Assembly (NCBI GenBank): GCA_010093705.1
Contig: MU006090.1
Span: 2,286,022 to 2,312,931, forward strand
DNA from: Patellaria atrata CBS 101060
Taxonomy: Eukaryota
Direction of reading: 5' to 3'
DNA: 26,910 nucleotides
Shown here: in pieces, positions 23,040-26,910 of the stretch
Layout of the letters: every line of letters begins with the position of its first letter
Numbering within the stretch: position 1 is the first letter of the stretch
Notes under the pieces: model-generated
Seen by the model: only the letters and a program-made list of their open reading frames with translations
Databases searched by the model: none
What the model was told of the DNA's origin: nothing
Translations under genes and position numbers: made by a program

Positions 23040-23098
23040 GAAAGAAAGGGAAGAGAGGTGCGTACGACTTGACAGATGGGCGACACGTCTATTATATA
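23040..23098 (-). promoter_or_regulatory. Putative core promoter of the antisense ORF (TATA plus CT-rich tract)
   Basis: Minus-strand TATATAAT at 23091-23098, then CCTCTCTTCCCTTTCTTTC (23040-23058) just before the ATG. Confidence 0.55.
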
Positions 23099-23130
23099 CC
23101 CAAGCAAAAGAAACAAACTCTTGGGACAAG

Positions 23131-23151
23131 AGTTGAGAAGGGGGAGGATAG
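23131..23151 (+). other. Polypurine tract
   Basis: AGTTGAGAAGGGGGAGGATAG directly abuts the 3' LTR. Confidence 0.85.
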
Positions 23152-23677
23152 TGTTACGGCCACAAGTTGTAAGAACATGCAGACAACGAGTGAGGGGAAG
23201 GAAGGAACACCACTCGGGGGAACTGCGGGTGAAACGAGTGATAGAGAATCACGTGACCAGACAGTGGTCGCCGGTCGCGCTGGTCGCTGTGAACGACCAA
23301 CGACCAAAACGACCAGAGTATAAGCAACCAAATTGACTATGGAGGATAGGAATATTTGAGGACGGTCTTTCCCTCATGTATTTAGATTCTTCGTAGTTAT
23401 TCTTACCATCAATCTTACCTATAGATTTGGATGTTACGGTTTTGAACTTGACTTCGTTTGTCACGCTGTTTCCATACAGTACGTCTTGTCTCATTGTGAG
23501 CATTACCCGAAGTCAAGGAGTCAGCAAGTTGTATCGACAACTTGAAGTGCCTTTGTTATACGTATCCTATCACTTTGCCAAACCTACCTTTGTGGTTGAC
23601 CACGTTAAGTGAGAAGCCAGGCGCGTTTCTAGACTTATCCAGTTCTGTCTCGATAAGTATAGACTCCCGTTGTAACA
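23152..23677 (+). repeat. 3' LTR, 526 bp (U3 type A)
   Basis: TGTTAC...GTAACA termini, preceded by the PPT and gap-free. Confidence 0.95.
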
Positions 23678-24345
23678 CCATACTTCAACAACTTCCAAAA
23701 TAGTTTGGATCTTTATTGATAGCCAAGCAGCAATCAAAAGACTCCAGAAGAACTGCCTTGAAGGAGGACAAGAATTGGTTACACTGATAAGCAATCAGTA
23801 TGATATCCTGACAACAGAATGGGGCATGAATGTCAATTTCAGCTGGGTTCCAAGCCACAGAGGTATCTTTAGCAATGAGCTGGCAGACAAACTGGCCAAA
23901 CTTGGACTGGCAAGGAAATCTGTATAAGCATCATTCACCTCACTAAGCCACCTCAAATGTATAAGCAGAGAAAAGATCATAACAGGTTGGAAAAGGGAAT
24001 GGGAAATAAATCCTAAAAGACAGGGGAAGCACTACACCCAAGTTTGCAGAGCAGCAACCTCATTCTCTACCAAATCATCGATGCCAAAATATCCAAAAAG
24101 GACTCAAGCAGCATTCTTTCAACTAAAGAGTGGAGCAGGCTTCTTCAAATCATACTCCAAGAGAATTGGAATGGATATTAAAGGGAAATGTTTTGGAGAC
24201 TGCAAGTTTATCCAGAGCCCAAGGCACCTAGTTCTTCACTGCAAACATTACTCCAAGGAACACAAAATCATGGAGAAGCAGCTAAAGTCAAGAATGACAT
24301 TAACAAAGCTCTTTTGTACAGAGAAGGGGAAAGAATTACTCTTCC
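23678..24345 (+). mobile_element. Tad1-like LINE fragment 1: C-terminal RNase H and zinc knuckle
   Basis: WIFIDSQAAIKRL..FSWVPSHRGIFSNELADKLAK, then FQLKSGAGFF and CFGDC..PRHLVLHC. Contains stops; the right junction is approximate. Confidence 0.85.
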
Positions 24346-26910
24346 TACGCTGGAACAGCAAGACTGGATAGACAAGATGGAAAATCTAGCAGTAGACCTT
24401 ACACATTGCATCACAGCTGCAGCAAACAAAGCCATACCAAAAGCTAGGATCTGCGAATACTCTAAGCCATGGTGGAATAAAGACATACTTGATAAGAGAA
24501 AGAGGATGACCCAACTAAGAAGAAGGATCAAGACCTGTCATTTAAGGATACAGGAACAGCAGAATTATGCATTTAAAGCTGCAAGAAATGAGTACTTCCA
24601 CACCATCAGAAAGGCAAAAACTGATCACTGGAACAGCTTTCTTGAGAATGCTAGAGGGAAGGAAGTATTCACCGCACTGAAATACACTAAGGACAAGACA
24701 CTGCGAAATATTCCTACACTACAGTACTCCAGCAATGGTATACTGATACAAGCAGAAAACTTTGAAGACAAATGCACAGCTCTCACCACCACCTTATTCC
24801 CCAAGCCACCAAGCACAGCAGCCTGCCAATGGGAAAGCTACTCACAGGACCCAAGATGGGACTGGCCACAACTGGAGAGTATAGAAGTGGAGGCAGCAGT
24901 TAACTCAAGCTCACACAGGAAAACCCCAGGAGATCAGCTCTCGTTCGCCATTATCCAGAAGCGTACCCAATAAACTCAGACATTTTCAATAGGTTATATA
25001 AGCTTCTATTTCAAGTTGGCTATCATCCCAGGATATGGAGGGAGGCGGTAGGAGTTGTGTTACCAAAGCCTAATAAAGAAGACTACTCCATGCCAAAGTC
25101 ATATAGGATTATTTCCTTACTCAACTGTTTAGGCAAGACTTTGGAAAAGATCATGGCAACAAGACTAGGATATCTAGCAAACACAACACACCTACTTCAG
25201 CACTCACAGATGGGAGGAAGGCAATAACGCTCTGTTATTGATGCAACGCTCTTACTACTAGAGTATATCCAAAGACAGAAGGCTGGCAAGTCAGGAAGTA
25301 GGAAGGTTGCCTCAACATTACTATTAGATATGAAAGGAGCTTTTGATCATGTATCAAAGAATCAACTACTGTCCACCTGCAAGCAACTAGGACTCCCATA
25401 TAGCCTCTGCCAATGGATCTCATGCTTCTTAACTAATAGAAAGATGCAGCTACAGGAACAGCCAGAAAGTTGAAAGATATCAAACGTTGCAGAACAAAGC
25501 ACTGAGGATGATCTTGGGTGCCTTCAAGACTTCCCTAAGCATGGCCATGGAGATTGAAGCAGGCCTGCCTCCTCCAGCTGTCAGATTTGAGAAGCTGTGC
25601 AACTCTTATGCCCTTAGGGCTTTGAAGTTCCACAAAACCCATCCGGTCAAGAGAGTGCTCTGGGAAGAGCTTGAAAGAGATAACTTAGATGCATCCTTAG
25701 ACTCTGACTCAGAAACAGGCAGTACTTCAATCAAGTATATCGCTAGACCAAACACTCAGCTCCTATCCTTATTGAAGAGAACCTAGGAGTTTATCACCAA
25801 CTGGAAGGTAGAAAAGATTTCTGTACATAATGCTCAACCTTGGAGGCCAAAGTTAAAGGCATCATTCATCATCTCCAGCAAGGATAAAGAAAAAGCATCG
25901 AAGCAACATGATAAATTAATTAGAGACCTAGAGTCAGGTATGAAGGACGGACTGGTCAATGTTTACTACACTGATGGGTCTAAAGGGCAACAGAAATGCT
26001 GCAGGGGCATGCCAGATAGGAAATAATCAGCGCATTTTGTTTGCCAGTAACTGGAACTTAGGAGATAGCGTTGAGATTATGGATGTAGAGCTATTTGCCA
26101 TTCTTAAAGCACTTGAAAGAGAAAAGTGTTACAACGGGAGTCTATACTTATCGAGACAGAACAGGATAAGTCTAGAAACGCGCCTGGCTTCTCACTTANN
26201 NNNNNNNNNNNNNNNNNNNNNNNNNNNNNNNNNNNNNNNNNNNNNNNNNNNNNNNNNNNNNNNNNNNNNNNNNNNNNNNNNNNNNNNNNNNNNNNNNNNN
26301 NNNNNNNNNNNNNNNNNNNNNNNNNNNNNNNNNNNNNNNNNNNNNNNNNNNNNNNNNNNNNNNNNNNNNNNNNNNNNNNNNNNNNNNNNNNNNNNNNNNN
26401 NNNNNNNNNNNNNACCGTAACATCCAAATCTATGGGTAAGATTGATGGTAAGAATAACTACGAAGAATCTAAATACATGAGGGGAAGACCGTCCTTAAAT
26501 ATTCCTATCCTTCGTAGTTCAATTTGGTGGTGTTCGCCCTGCTCACTTTGCTCGCCCCTCGAGCACGTCGAGCACATCGATCACATCACGTGATCTCCTA
26601 CCCGTGATGGTTGTTCCGTTCCGACACTTCTGCGCTACCGCTCTATGGGTAATGCCGCTTCTTCGTCCTGTGGCCGTAACAAAAAGACCCAGTGTGAGAA
26701 GGGACAATCCATTGCCAAAACCCTGTGGGTTTTTGTGGACAGCCAGGCGGCACTTAAGAGGCTACAAAAGAACAGCCTTGATGGAGGACAAGAATTAAGT
26801 GTGCTGATAACTGACCTATGCAATACTCTCACTAATGAATGGGAAATGAAAATTACCTTTAGCTGGGTTCCTGGCCATAAGAACATCTTTGGGAATGATA
26901 TAGCAGATAA
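24346..26910 (+). mobile_element. Tad1-like LINE fragment 2: partial RT with a central deletion, plus RNase H, interrupted by a solo LTR
   Basis: SKPWWN, LPKPNKEDYSMPKSYRIISLLNCLGKTLEK and LDMKGAFDHV. After about 25452 it jumps to QNKALRMILGAFKT, so the YADD region is missing. Then YTDGS, ELFAILKAL, VDSQAAL and WVPGH..GND.AD. Contains frameshifts and a TAA at 25225. Confidence 0.9.
26127..26681 (-). mobile_element. Solo LTR of the gypsy family (U3 type B) with 5-bp TSD AAAAG; spans the N gap 26199-26413
   Basis: Both LTR termini are intact. AAAAG lies at 26122-26126 and 26682-26686. Removing the LTR and one TSD restores the RNase H frame (ALEREK-TQCEKGQSIAKTLWVFVDSQ). Confidence 0.92.

Larger units (their letters stand above)
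18984..23323 (+). pseudogene. pol: pol (protease, RT, RNase H, integrase, chromodomain); in-frame stops at 19299, 20453, 21749 and 21956; N gap 19832-20021
   Basis: Motifs [43 protein letters not shown] zinc motif, MDFITGLP, SDRD, HP*TDGQTER, IHPVFHVSLLEP and chromodomain YEVERVLD..YLVKWKGY..NTWEP (about 22337-22438). Confidence 0.93.
16342..23677 (+). mobile_element. Ty3/gypsy chromovirus LTR retrotransposon, near complete, inactivated by premature stops
   Basis: Order is LTR-gag-PR-RT-RH-IN-chromodomain-PPT-LTR, with TGTTAC...GTAACA LTR termini. The flanks ACGAC and CCATA do not match, so the left end may be chimeric. Confidence 0.93.

Noticed and set aside
23037..23129. N-terminal 31 aa of the listed 229-aa antisense ORF
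   Set aside because: The start is non-ATG, and the segment contains the TATA/CT tract. ATG 23036 is the better start.
24188..24973. 261-aa ORF as a gene
   Set aside because: It reads across the junction of two LINE fragments, and the first ~50 aa are off-frame.

Overview
Filamentous ascomycete genomic DNA, inferred from short GT-AG introns with CTRAY-like branch points and from the HET and Zn2Cys6 protein families. Bases 1-7.6 kb hold three ordinary genes: a 5'-partial NUP120/NUP160-like nucleoporin, a secreted CE1 acetylxylan esterase and TRP4. From about 8.3 kb the window is an accessory, repeat-rich block. It contains a pseudogenised HET-NB-ARC-TPR (NLR-like) gene, an intact HET-6-like gene, several solo LTRs, a foldback LTR remnant, and DUF3505-like and copia RT fragments. 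It also contains a near-complete, stop-codon-disrupted Ty3/gypsy chromovirus (16342-23677) and two Tad1-like LINE fragments, one interrupted by a solo LTR with a 5-bp TSD. The most notable signal is inside the chromovirus. Between the integrase chromodomain and the PPT, the antisense strand carries an intact 198-aa ORF with an exact Gal4-type Zn(II)2Cys6 cysteine pattern, a coiled-coil-like segment and an acidic tail, plus its own TATA-like and CT-rich upstream region. The LTR family also shows two different U3 modules on a conserved R-U5. Three N gaps limit some structural conclusions.
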